From NCBI GenBank assembly GCA_965216565.1, contig OZ244170.1, forward strand, positions 128,001 to 192,000: DNA of 64,000 nucleotides, written 5' to 3'. The notes under the pieces were generated by a model. It searched no databases, was not told the origin of the DNA, and saw only the letters and a program-made list of their open reading frames with translations. Both the position numbers and the translations under genes were made by a program. Source of the DNA: Bythopirellula sp. (GTDB lineage Bacteria > Planctomycetota > Planctomycetia > Pirellulales > Lacipirellulaceae). Positions 47,410-56,688 of this stretch are shown here, piece after piece (the first letter of the stretch is position 1; every line of letters begins with the position of its first letter).

Positions 47410-48933
47410 TTAAAACCCTTGCCACCCGCAGTACTCCATCCAGCGGTATATCCAGGGCTGGGTCCAGGGATTCCAGTTCGGATAACTGGCAGAAAACACA
47501 GAACAGGTCAGCAGCACCGCGGCTAGGGCTTTTCCTCGCATAGTGCGGCTAACCCCATCCGCAGCGGGGAGCATCACCAAAAGCCACAAGGGAGCGAACC
47601 AGAACATCCAGCGGAAGCCGCTCGTCATGCCCCCGTAATTACGATCCTCCAGTGGACGGAGCCCGATATAGAAAACCAGGCAGATGATTGTGAGCAGCGC
47701 GACGCCCCAGGCGAGTTGGCGACGCGGCTCGAGACTATCTCGTGACCAAAGCCACATGCCGTAAAGGCTGAGTAACCAAATCGGTGTGAGCGAATACACG
47801 CCGTGATGCCCGACGAGTACGTGTAGTGCGTAGGTCAATTTGCTGGTTTCACCGCGATCGATTCCCTGGCGATCGCGCCAATAGCTGTCGCGCTCCACGC
47901 CGTCGAGGGTGAAGGAATAATCGTACCAGTTATCTGTAGGGTCGGTTGTGCTGCGATGCATGTAGGGGGGGCGAAGGCTTTGGTGAGCAGCGAAGTTGGT
48001 GGCAAAAAAAGCAATCACAACGATACCTGCTGCCGGCAGAAAACCAGTGAGCCATGCGCGACGATCGACCCGGAGTAGATCCCACGCCAACAAAGCCAAA
48101 AACGCCAACGCCGGCAATTCATTGGCTGCAGTGAAGGCCCCGGCCAATCCTGCTAGGGCAAAGTTGCGCGGCGACCGCTCGCCATCTCCGCGGATGCGCG
48201 ACCAGGCATAGAGGGCAACCGTCGCACTGACGGCAGCCACAATATGGTTGTTCAATACAACAGCAAAGGTGGAAATAAAGGTTCCGCAGGTGGCACAGCC
48301 CACAACAAACACTCGCCCCCAATCGGTCGTGCCCCAGCGCTCGGCAAGCTTAGCCACGAGTACAAACATCAGCACCAAGGGCAAGATGTTGATGGTGATC
48401 AATAGGAAGCGACCGAGAAAATAGGGGTGGCTCCCCAGGGTCATCCCCGTCACTTGGTGAATCATCCAGTACTCGATCGCCACCAGGGTAATCAACAGCG
48501 GGGGCTTGCTGGAATATAAATGTAGCTCGCCATCGGCACCGCGATGCTGGACCATGTCGATCGTGTTCCACACGTGGCGATCCATCAGGTCGTCGATCTC
48601 AAACGTACCTTGTTCGACTAACGCACGTACCGCGAGCCAGCGGCTCCGGTCGTTGGCGCTGAGAAACGGCCGCTGCAGAACCGTCTCTGCTTCGATTCTA
48701 GCCTTTGCCTCCTCAAGTTCCGCCTGGAGCTCTGCCTTCGATAAATCCTGCTTTTGCAGACTAGCTTCGATACTCTGTAGTTTTCGATGGCGAAGATGAG
48801 CTTCGAGATCAGACCGATTCGTCGAATTGACCGCCAGCAATCGGCCAGTCATGTTACCCACGGACAGAGCGATGAGTAGGAGATAGATGCCCCAACGCAG
48901 CTGTGCTTGAGGGTCGGTTGCCGGCTTGCTCAT
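47410..48933 (-). CDS. Polytopic membrane protein, possibly a GT-C-fold glycosyltransferase
   Basis: ~10 TM segments, a large first loop with ANDRSRW and YSSKPP; 4-nt overlap with the GT2 gene. Confidence 0.55.
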   Translation of the reverse strand: MSKPATDPQAQLRWGIYLLLIALSVGNMTGRLLAVNSTNRSDLEAHLRHRKLQSIEASLQKQDLSKAELQAELEEAKARIEAETVLQRPFLSANDRSRWLAVRALVEQGTFEIDDLMDRHVWNTIDMVQHRGADGELHLYSSKPPLLITLVAIEYWMIHQVTGMTLGSHPYFLGRFLLITINILPLVLMFVLVAKLAERWGTTDWGRVFVVGCATCGTFISTFAVVLNNHIVAAVSATVALYAWSRIRGDGERSPRNFALAGLAGAFTAANELPALAFLALLAWDLLRVDRRAWLTGFLPAAGIVVIAFFATNFAAHQSLRPPYMHRSTTDPTDNWYDYSFTLDGVERDSYWRDRQGIDRGETSKLTYALHVLVGHHGVYSLTPIWLLSLYGMWLWSRDSLEPRRQLAWGVALLTIICLVFYIGLRPLEDRNYGGMTSGFRWMFWFAPLWLLVMLPAADGVSRTMRGKALAAVLLTCSVFSASYPNWNPWTQPWIYRWMEYCGWQGF

Positions 48934-49937
48934 GTCTCGCTCGAAAGCTGCTGCGGGGACGGAGCAGAAGGATCTGCGGCAATATTCTTACTGGGAGATG
49001 TATGTTCGGCGACTGAGTAGGCGTCCGATTCCTTGGACATCAGCGCTGAGATCAGCTCTGCGACGAATCCCAATGCCAAGAGTTGCGCGCCGATTAGGAG
49101 CATGACCATGGTGTAATAGAGCGCCGCAGTTTCGTGTAGGTGGACCGGCACATTGCCTGGAAGTCGCGAAATGCACCAGACCACCGCGAGGTAGCTCATT
49201 CCTAGGAAGCCGAGAGCAAACAGAATCAGTGCCCCCGTCCCCAACAAATGCTGCGGCCGATCTCCGTAGCGGGTGATAAAGCGAACCGTGAGCAAGTCGA
49301 GCAAGCCTTTAGGAATCCGCGACCAACCATATTTGGAAATCCCCGACGTACGAGGACGATGCGCGACCGGTACCTCGCCGATTTTGAATCCACGGGCCGC
49401 GGCTAGTACCGGAACGAAGCGGTGCAATTCGCCGTAAAGTCGTACTTCGTTGATGACATCGCGGCGAAAACATTTTAGCCCGCAGTTATGATCGTGGAGC
49501 TTCACGCCGGTCATCCAACTCACCAAGAGATTGAACACTTTTGAAGGCCAGACTTTGTGCCAAGGGTCTTGGCGGTTTTGCTTCCAACCACTCACCACAT
49601 CGAGGCCTTCTTCGAGTTGGTCGATGAGCTTTGGGACCTCGGCAGGAGAATCCTGCAAGTCGGCATCCATAGTGACAACGATCTCGCCCTCTGCCGCATC
49701 GAAACCGGCACTCAGTGCCGCAGCCTTGCCAAAATTTCGCCGGAAGCGAATCCCCAGCACGCGCGAATCCGCTGCGGCAAGTCGCTCAATCGTGTGCCAG
49801 GTGTCGTCTGTCGAGCCATCGTCGACCAAGATAACCTGCACCGCGTCCTGCCGTTGTTGAGAGAATTCATCGATCTCGCGATGCAATTGCTCCAAGGAGC
49901 CTGCTTCATTAAACGCGGGAATGACGATGCTGATCAT
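48930..49937 (-). CDS. GT2 polyprenol-phosphate glycosyltransferase (ArnC/GtrB-like)
   Basis: SIVIPAFNE, VDDGSTD, RNFGK, MDADLQD, two C-terminal TM helices; start set at ATG 49937. Confidence 0.92.
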   Translation of the reverse strand: MISIVIPAFNEAGSLEQLHREIDEFSQQRQDAVQVILVDDGSTDDTWHTIERLAAADSRVLGIRFRRNFGKAAALSAGFDAAEGEIVVTMDADLQDSPAEVPKLIDQLEEGLDVVSGWKQNRQDPWHKVWPSKVFNLLVSWMTGVKLHDHNCGLKCFRRDVINEVRLYGELHRFVPVLAAARGFKIGEVPVAHRPRTSGISKYGWSRIPKGLLDLLTVRFITRYGDRPQHLLGTGALILFALGFLGMSYLAVVWCISRLPGNVPVHLHETAALYYTMVMLLIGAQLLALGFVAELISALMSKESDAYSVAEHTSPSKNIAADPSAPSPQQLSSET

Positions 49938-50035
49938 GCTAGTGTCTGATTCAGGAAACGAATGGCCTACTACCTCTAGAATAGCACAAATGTTGGAGGC
50001 CTCCATAGCCGGTTGGCAGCGTTCGTCCAAATGCA

Positions 50036-50114
50036 GTGAGCCGACGGCGCTAGCCGCGGGTAGCCTCGTTTTACGTGTTACCCAATGTAACCGGCGGCTA
50101 GCGCCGACGGCGCA
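50036..50114. repeat. REP-type inverted pair
   Basis: gtgagccgacggcgctagccgcggg ... ccggcggctagcgccgacggcgca. Confidence 0.8.
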
Positions 50115-50220
50115 AGTGCTGTTTAGAAGTTTTTCTTTGAACCTAGATTAGCCTTCTTTTTCGCGACTGGATTATTCTAAAATGACCGGCTAGTTAAAGA
50201 TCATTTGGAAGGAGAATGCC

Positions 50221-51501
50221 GTGCCTCGCGTTGTTTCGTTTATCGTGCTGCTAGCGATCATTATGCTGATTGGCTCGATGTTTTTTCAGGTGATGGTTCA
50301 GTTTATCGTTCCTCTATTTCTGGCGGCGGTATTGGTGGTGGTGTTTAAACCCTTCCACCTGTGGATGCTCGAGCGAATTCCCGATCGGCCACGAGTGACG
50401 GCGGCGCTTACCACTTTGGCCATTGTTCTCGCGGTCCTGCTGCCGATTTGTGGACTGCTTGTGCGGGCAGTTTCCGAAGGTGCCACGCTCTATCACGAAT
50501 TCTACGAAAAGCAAGCAGCCGCTCAGCAGCGAGAATTGTTTGTGAGGGATCAGGCAGAGCTCTCTGACGAGGCGTCCGATGGCGAGGAGGCTGCGGCCAA
50601 ACCAAGTGTTTACCACACCGTGATCGATCAGGTGGTGCAAGCCATCAATCCTACGCTTGAGAGACTCGATCTGCATCAATTGAACAGCGATCATCTGCAG
50701 ACTTATGCGACCGAGCAATTGCAATCGGTCGCAGCGCCATTGGCCTTGGGTGGCGTGAAAGTTTTGGGGAGTACCTTAATAGGGTTGGCCATCATGGTGC
50801 TGACGATGTACTACTTTTTTTCCGATGGACCCAGCATGGCGAAGGCGCTGATGCGGCTCTCGCCATTGGATGATGAATACGAACAGGAATTGCTCGACAA
50901 GTTTGGCGACATTAGCCGTGCCGTGGTGGTTGCCACGCTTGCCTCCGCCTTTGTGCAGGGAATCTTGGCCGGCTTTGGTTATTGGGTAGCGGGGGTCGAC
51001 ATGGTGTTCCTGCTTACGGCGCTCACTGCGTTTATGTCGATGGTCCCTTTTGTCGGTGCCGCAGCGATTTGGATTCCCGTCTGTCTGGGGCTCTATTTCT
51101 ACAATGGCAATCCTGAATATCCAGACGGCCGTCCCATGGCAGCGCTGGCTTTGGCTGTGTACTGCCTGGCCGTCGTATCGACGGTCGACAACGTGATTAA
51201 ACCCTGGGTGCTTCACGGCCAATCGAAGTTGCACCCATTGCTCGCGCTACTGAGTGTGATTGGCGGCGTGCAGGCGCTGGGGCCCATTGGCATTTTGGTT
51301 GGGCCAATGCTGGTGGCATTTTTGCAGGCCCTACTCGGCATGTTGAACAAGGAACTGCACCTACTAGGCCAAGAGGCCGACACCCACGGCACACCGGTGG
51401 TATTCGCCACCGGGGAAGGGGAGGCAGAACAATCGTCCCTCACGGCTTCTGCGAATGAATCGAAGCAGTCCAAGAAAAAAAAGAACAAGAAGAAGTCGTG
51501 A
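50221..51501 (+). CDS. AI-2E family transporter
   Basis: Multi-TM; VPFVGAA, DNVIKP, LHPLL, GPIGILVGP. Confidence 0.9.
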   Translation: MPRVVSFIVLLAIIMLIGSMFFQVMVQFIVPLFLAAVLVVVFKPFHLWMLERIPDRPRVTAALTTLAIVLAVLLPICGLLVRAVSEGATLYHEFYEKQAAAQQRELFVRDQAELSDEASDGEEAAAKPSVYHTVIDQVVQAINPTLERLDLHQLNSDHLQTYATEQLQSVAAPLALGGVKVLGSTLIGLAIMVLTMYYFFSDGPSMAKALMRLSPLDDEYEQELLDKFGDISRAVVVATLASAFVQGILAGFGYWVAGVDMVFLLTALTAFMSMVPFVGAAAIWIPVCLGLYFYNGNPEYPDGRPMAALALAVYCLAVVSTVDNVIKPWVLHGQSKLHPLLALLSVIGGVQALGPIGILVGPMLVAFLQALLGMLNKELHLLGQEADTHGTPVVFATGEGEAEQSSLTASANESKQSKKKKNKKKS

Positions 51502-51600
51502 AGTAGAACAAGCCCGTTTAGCCGCGACTTGCAGTTTATCCGCGTTGGTGGGAGTCGTCGGGGCATCCGCCAGAGTGATGCTCACAAACAACTCGCCAGC

Positions 51601-54600
51601 TTACGCCCGGCGGGAAACAGGCCGATCGTCGGAGACGATGAAAGCCAACGGATTCTCCACCGCTTCGGCTGGTTCTTCGATTTCCCAGGAGTAAGCTGTT
51701 TGGGTGACCGGCTGTTCGATGAGTTCCTCTTTGACGACTTCTTCGATAATCTCTTCTTCGATGCGTTCGACAAATGGGTAATCGTAGAATGTGGTTGGCG
51801 ACTCTTCGACAATTGGCTCAACCACTGGCTCAGGGGGCGGTGGCTGGATCGCGATTTCTACCGGTTCTGAGATCTCTTTGGGGACGATCATTTCGGCGAC
51901 GGGTTCTTCAACAACGGGCTCTTCCACCACCACTTCCTCGATTGCTTCTTGCACGGGAGCACCTGCTCGGCGTGGTAGTCGGCGGCAGTCGGCCCCGCAA
52001 TTCTGGAACATGTTCCATACATGCTCGTGGCATGTGAAGAACAGCAGTTGATGCCCGCCGGCCGCGAATTCGGCAAGTACTTCGGCAGCTCTTTGAGTGC
52101 GCGTGGCATCGAAGTTCACCAACACATCGTCCAGCACCATGGGGATATTAACACCTCGTTGGGCAAACATCGAAACGAGCGCTAGCCGCACGCTGAGGAG
52201 TAATTGCTCGCGGGTGCCACGGCTGAGGACGTCGACCTTCAGCGACTCGCCCTCTGAGGTCTCCACAAGCAGAATATCATCGGCCAGGGGCGTCCACACT
52301 CGTGTGTACTGTCCGCCAGTCAATTTAGCGAGATGAATTGAAGCCTCGGCCAGTGTATCGGGTTGCCGATACGCTTCGTAATATTCGCGGGTGCGTTCCA
52401 GGATTCGATTGAAAGTGGAAAGCTCTCGCCATGTTTGTCGTGCGTCAGCAATCTGTTTTTCTACACAGCTCAACTCCAATTGACGTTCGGCTAGCGATCG
52501 GTCTTCGACCAATGCGCGCTGCTCTTGGCGTAAAGCACCGCGCTGATCGACTAAGGATTTTAATTTCTCCTGCTCTTCTTGGAGCTTTGCAGCGGACTGT
52601 TCCCAACGCGCGTCGAGTTGTGAAATTCGCTCGAGGCTCAGCATTTCTGCGAAAGTCTCTTCCTGAGCGTGAGTCCCTACCGCGGCAGTGATTTCGCGGC
52701 TGAGCGATTCCATTTGCTTTTGCAATTCGCGGGCCTGCTGCTGCCTTTCGGCTAGCTGGCGGTAGGCCGTCTCGTCGTCGCAATCGGCGGCTTGGAACAG
52801 CCCTTCGCGTCGGCGCTTGAGTCCGGCAATCGACTTGCGGTGTTTGCCTTCTTCGGCTTTAAGCTCTCGGGCTCGTTCGACGAGCCCTTCACGTCGCTGA
52901 ATGTCGGAAAGTTGCTTGGCCCGTTGATCGATGAGATGCTCAAGCTGGTCGAGACTCGCCACCTGTTCGTCCTCACAGTCACCAAGCAGGCAACCGACTT
53001 CTCCTGCAACATCTACGACGCGGCGGGTGACGGCTGCGTGCTCGCGCTGACGTTGTTCGATTTCTTCGCGGCGAAGTTTCGCACGTCCCTGTAATTCGCT
53101 AAGCGATTGGTAACGCTCGGAGATTGAGAGAAAGACCTGCGGGTCTAGGTTTTCGGAAAAGCCCAGGCCTACGAGTTGCGATTTCCAATCGGCGAGTGCC
53201 GTTTTCAAATTCTGCTCGGCTTGCTGGAACCGCGATTCTGCCGTAGCCACCTCGTGACCCGCCTGACGACGCTGCGCTTCCACTGGGAGCATGCTTTCCA
53301 GCTCTTCCAAGTGTTGTTCGGCTGCTTCCAATCGCAGTTCGGCCGAACCATCGGTGATGGAGAGTTCTTCGTCGAGCTTCTCTTTGTCTGCTTGGGCATC
53401 CGCAATTTGGCGGGCCAGCACATCGAGTTGGTTATGGCAGGCATCGAGCTTGTCAGCCGCAGCGTCTTCCAAGAAGAATTTGAAAACGAAGCTGAAAGCG
53501 GCAACACCTAAGCCGACAATTGCCATGAAGCTGCCGTAGCGACCCAAAGGCGATTCAGGTGCCAACAGCCACAGTCCAACAAACAGAGCACCCACTACGA
53601 CCGCTGCGAGAGACCAGCCGAATAGCGAAAGTGGCATTACCTGATCGTCGAGTAAATCGTGGCTCTGGGCCTCCATGTCTTGAGAATGTCGTTGCGCTTG
53701 TTCCAGGCGTCGTTCGACTTTTTCGCGACGGCGCAATTGAGCAACCAGATCGCTGGCTTGTTCAATATCCATCGGCAAGCCGTGTTTCTCGCCACCGACA
53801 ATAGCGGAGTCGATCTGTGCCTTGAGCGTTCTTTCGCTTTCGGTTTGCAGATCGAGCTGCCGTTGAGCTTTATCGACCAGCTTTTGAGCGGAGCGGACGG
53901 TGTCGATATATGGCTGAAGATCTTCGATTTGAGCAGCGTCAATATCCTGCAGACGATCGTTGTCTTTGACTCCCAAGGCGGTAGCGAGGCGAGATTGTTC
54001 GTTAGACAAGCGTTGCTCGAAATTGTGTGCTTCGGTGCCGAGGTCGTCGATTTGTCGTTCGAGCGATTGCAGCCAATCGCGCTGCTCGCCGAGGGCTTCG
54101 ATGCGACAAGAGTTTTTCACCAACAGTTCATTGATTCCGAGCTGCTCGCAATCTTCACGAAGCTGACGACGTTGTCCCTCGAGGATGTCAGCCTCTCGAC
54201 TGTGGGTTTCGATCTTCTTATTGAGCTCGTCCAGTCGCGGAAGGGCATCAGGAGCCAGGGGTACGCCGAGGCGCAATTCTTCCAACTGCGTGGCAATCTT
54301 GTCTCGTTTGCGCCAGTTGGGCTTTAGTCCAATGGCAATTTCCAAGGTTCGTGCGTCGCGCTCGCAAACGCTAAGCACACTTTCCTGCGATTGGATCTCT
54401 GAGTCGAGTTCCTTGATGCGGACGGCAAGCTGTGCCCACTTGCGGCTATGTTGACGAAGTTGCTCAATTTCGCCAATCAACACATCGCGCTGTACGGTTA
54501 GTTCGACGAGTTTGGAGTCTTGATCGCTGCCTGAGAGTAGTTCGCGGCGAGTCTTACGTAAGTTCTGGATGACATCGTAGAGACTCACGCGGTCGAGACC

Positions 54601-55065
54601 TGAGGTCAGACGGTAGAGCCACTGCGCGGCTTGGGTATCGCTAAGCGTGGCCAGCTGCTGAATTTCTTCCAGCCCGATCCCAAAGATGTTGGTGAAGGTT
54701 TCTTCGTCAATATCTGCTAACGCTTCGCGGAGCAGTCGATCGCCGCTGGTATTGCCCTCGGCGTCGGTGATAGTGACATGTCCCAAATCGTCGGGTCCAC
54801 GATCGGCAATGCGGCGGACGTCCAATTGTTCTTGGCGATCGAGAATACCGAGCGACCCACCGGGCAATCCGCCGTGAACTGGGGGTAAATAACGCTCACG
54901 TCGTTCGGGTGTCATACCGTAGAGCACAGAGCGGACGAACTGCATGACAGTGGTCTTGCCCGCTTCGTTCATTCCATAGAAAGCGGTGACGCCGGGCGAA
55001 AGCTGCTTGAGTTCCAGATGGTTCCAAACGCCAAAGCCATCGATGCGGATGTCGGTAATCTTCAT
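51601..55065 (-). CDS. YhaN/SbcE-like (Rad50/SMC-type) ATPase with central TM pair
   Basis: IDGFG, GMNEAGKTT, long coiled coils, LSRGTREQL, VLDDVLVNFD, FTCH. Confidence 0.9.
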   Translation of the reverse strand: MKITDIRIDGFGVWNHLELKQLSPGVTAFYGMNEAGKTTVMQFVRSVLYGMTPERRERYLPPVHGGLPGGSLGILDRQEQLDVRRIADRGPDDLGHVTITDAEGNTSGDRLLREALADIDEETFTNIFGIGLEEIQQLATLSDTQAAQWLYRLTSGLDRVSLYDVIQNLRKTRRELLSGSDQDSKLVELTVQRDVLIGEIEQLRQHSRKWAQLAVRIKELDSEIQSQESVLSVCERDARTLEIAIGLKPNWRKRDKIATQLEELRLGVPLAPDALPRLDELNKKIETHSREADILEGQRRQLREDCEQLGINELLVKNSCRIEALGEQRDWLQSLERQIDDLGTEAHNFEQRLSNEQSRLATALGVKDNDRLQDIDAAQIEDLQPYIDTVRSAQKLVDKAQRQLDLQTESERTLKAQIDSAIVGGEKHGLPMDIEQASDLVAQLRRREKVERRLEQAQRHSQDMEAQSHDLLDDQVMPLSLFGWSLAAVVVGALFVGLWLLAPESPLGRYGSFMAIVGLGVAAFSFVFKFFLEDAAADKLDACHNQLDVLARQIADAQADKEKLDEELSITDGSAELRLEAAEQHLEELESMLPVEAQRRQAGHEVATAESRFQQAEQNLKTALADWKSQLVGLGFSENLDPQVFLSISERYQSLSELQGRAKLRREEIEQRQREHAAVTRRVVDVAGEVGCLLGDCEDEQVASLDQLEHLIDQRAKQLSDIQRREGLVERARELKAEEGKHRKSIAGLKRRREGLFQAADCDDETAYRQLAERQQQARELQKQMESLSREITAAVGTHAQEETFAEMLSLERISQLDARWEQSAAKLQEEQEKLKSLVDQRGALRQEQRALVEDRSLAERQLELSCVEKQIADARQTWRELSTFNRILERTREYYEAYRQPDTLAEASIHLAKLTGGQYTRVWTPLADDILLVETSEGESLKVDVLSRGTREQLLLSVRLALVSMFAQRGVNIPMVLDDVLVNFDATRTQRAAEVLAEFAAGGHQLLFFTCHEHVWNMFQNCGADCRRLPRRAGAPVQEAIEEVVVEEPVVEEPVAEMIVPKEISEPVEIAIQPPPPEPVVEPIVEESPTTFYDYPFVERIEEEIIEEVVKEELIEQPVTQTAYSWEIEEPAEAVENPLAFIVSDDRPVSRRA

Positions 55066-55171
55066 GGTAATCGCCTGTTGGGCACATTGGTTTTTGGAGC
55101 AACCGTGCCAAAAAACTCTTCGAGTTAGATTTCTATCCCTCGACGCTGGCGGAGAGGGACTTATTAGGGTC

Positions 55172-56413
55172 TCAGGTTTCTTTAACGGTAAGTTGTTCTT
55201 CGCCGTCCATCATGTCGACCGCCATTTTGGATGCGGCCCAAAGCAGGTTGTCTCTTTCGGAGGCAGTCACCTTCGCCAGTCCTTTGAGGGCGGTCCCTAC
55301 GGAATCAGGCGGTAGGAGACCCTCTAAATCGAGTGAGATCTTCGAGTCGTCCTGCAGTTTGCGGAATTCGCGGAGCACGTCTCCCATAATGGTATCTTCG
55401 TCGTACCATTCGCGAGGCACGTCCAAAGGAGATTGGCACTCAAGCCCCACCGTCCACACTGCTGGTTGCTGCGTGCCAAATTGTTCGCGAAGCAGTGAAC
55501 TGATGTCATCGCTGATGCCGCCGGTGCGAATGTGATTGAGGATTTGTCCGCTACCCTCGATCTTCCAAGTCATCAACAGTGGCACACCCTGGTGTTTGAT
55601 CCGGAGCTTGGAAATCCGTTGTTCGATGAGCAGATAAAGAGCGTCTTCGTCGGTTCCTTTTACCACTTCAATGGTGTCGGTAAGCCAACGCAAGGAATCA
55701 GTTGCCACAAAGCGCGACTTGATGTTTCCGGCGTCGTCGACGGTTACCACCGTGCAGCCCCTCGCTCCCACCTCTTGCGGATTGCGGCCTTGCGGCGTGC
55801 CACTGTAGTGGGCAATGCCGGGCGATTCGTCGACCGTCTCGCGTGTGTGTTGACCTCCCAGGGCCATGTAGTGAACCCGATCGCCCTCGGTTCCGCGGGT
55901 GGCACCGGTAAAGTAAGCAACACCCACGGTAAATAATCCGTGTGCGTCGCGATGGAATCCGTCTTGGGAAAACTCGCCGTCTTCGCTGCGACTGATTCCT
56001 TGGATGGTAGCAACTTGTTCGCCGTCACGATGGTGGGCAAGCGTCTCCACTCGATCGACAGCAAAGATATGGACGTTCTCTGGCAACTCGCAACTCGACG
56101 GCCACGAGTTTGCGGGGTCGGACGCGCCGCAGGCCCAGTACACGCGGATATCGTGTTTGGCGAGGCGCTGGAATTGTTCGGTAAGAAAAACAACAGCCCG
56201 CGGACCGACGTATTGAAAGTCGACGATATCTCCTGCCAATAACAGTGCGTCGGCCCCTTCGGTCACGGCCGTATCGAATACCAACTCGGCTGCCTGATAA
56301 GGAGCGTCGAGGAATAAATCGCGCAAGTGCGGGGGCACTTCAGAAACGCCACCGAGGGGCTGTTCCAAATGAAAATCACTGGCGTGTACAAATCGCAGCG
56401 CGGGCTGGGACAT
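55172..56413 (-). CDS. YhaO/Mre11/SbcD-like metallophosphoesterase with degenerate active site
   Basis: HASDFHL, AGDIVD, YSGTPQGR; motifs III-V altered (GASD, VAY, GGQH); GGAGG upstream of ATG 56413. Confidence 0.88.
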   Translation of the reverse strand: MSQPALRFVHASDFHLEQPLGGVSEVPPHLRDLFLDAPYQAAELVFDTAVTEGADALLLAGDIVDFQYVGPRAVVFLTEQFQRLAKHDIRVYWACGASDPANSWPSSCELPENVHIFAVDRVETLAHHRDGEQVATIQGISRSEDGEFSQDGFHRDAHGLFTVGVAYFTGATRGTEGDRVHYMALGGQHTRETVDESPGIAHYSGTPQGRNPQEVGARGCTVVTVDDAGNIKSRFVATDSLRWLTDTIEVVKGTDEDALYLLIEQRISKLRIKHQGVPLLMTWKIEGSGQILNHIRTGGISDDISSLLREQFGTQQPAVWTVGLECQSPLDVPREWYDEDTIMGDVLREFRKLQDDSKISLDLEGLLPPDSVGTALKGLAKVTASERDNLLWAASKMAVDMMDGEEQLTVKET

Positions 56414-56580
56414 GACGAGCCTCCATGCAGATGTCGAATACCGCGGCAACGTTTGCGGGTGTGCCAGCGGAAAGGTCCTTCTTGATGGCTACCAGTCTAA
56501 CCGGATTGGCGAATTCCACCAACTTCAGCTTGCGTTGGCAGCATGTGCTAGCATTCGCTGTGTCGATTTCCATGAATCAA

Positions 56581-56654
56581 TAGCCGGACCGCCACTGTCT
56601 ACCCGCCGTGGTGGGCGGTCCGCCGACTCCGGAGGCAGGTGTGCCTCCGGCTAC
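56581..56654. repeat. GTAG-type REP-like double hairpin
   Basis: tagccgga...tccggctac ends; internal ggaccgcc/ggcggtcc and ccggaggca/tgcctccgg stems. Confidence 0.6.
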
Positions 56655-56688
56655 TTAGCAAGCTCGCGAGCGAATTGATCAGCACACG

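Noticed and set aside
55131..55170. Second CCCTC...GGAGAGGG REP copy
   Set aside because: Too degenerate to support.
51601..56413. Wadjet/Lamassu-type anti-phage system
   Set aside because: No kleisin, KITE or effector genes; the architecture matches YhaO/YhaN in a housekeeping context.
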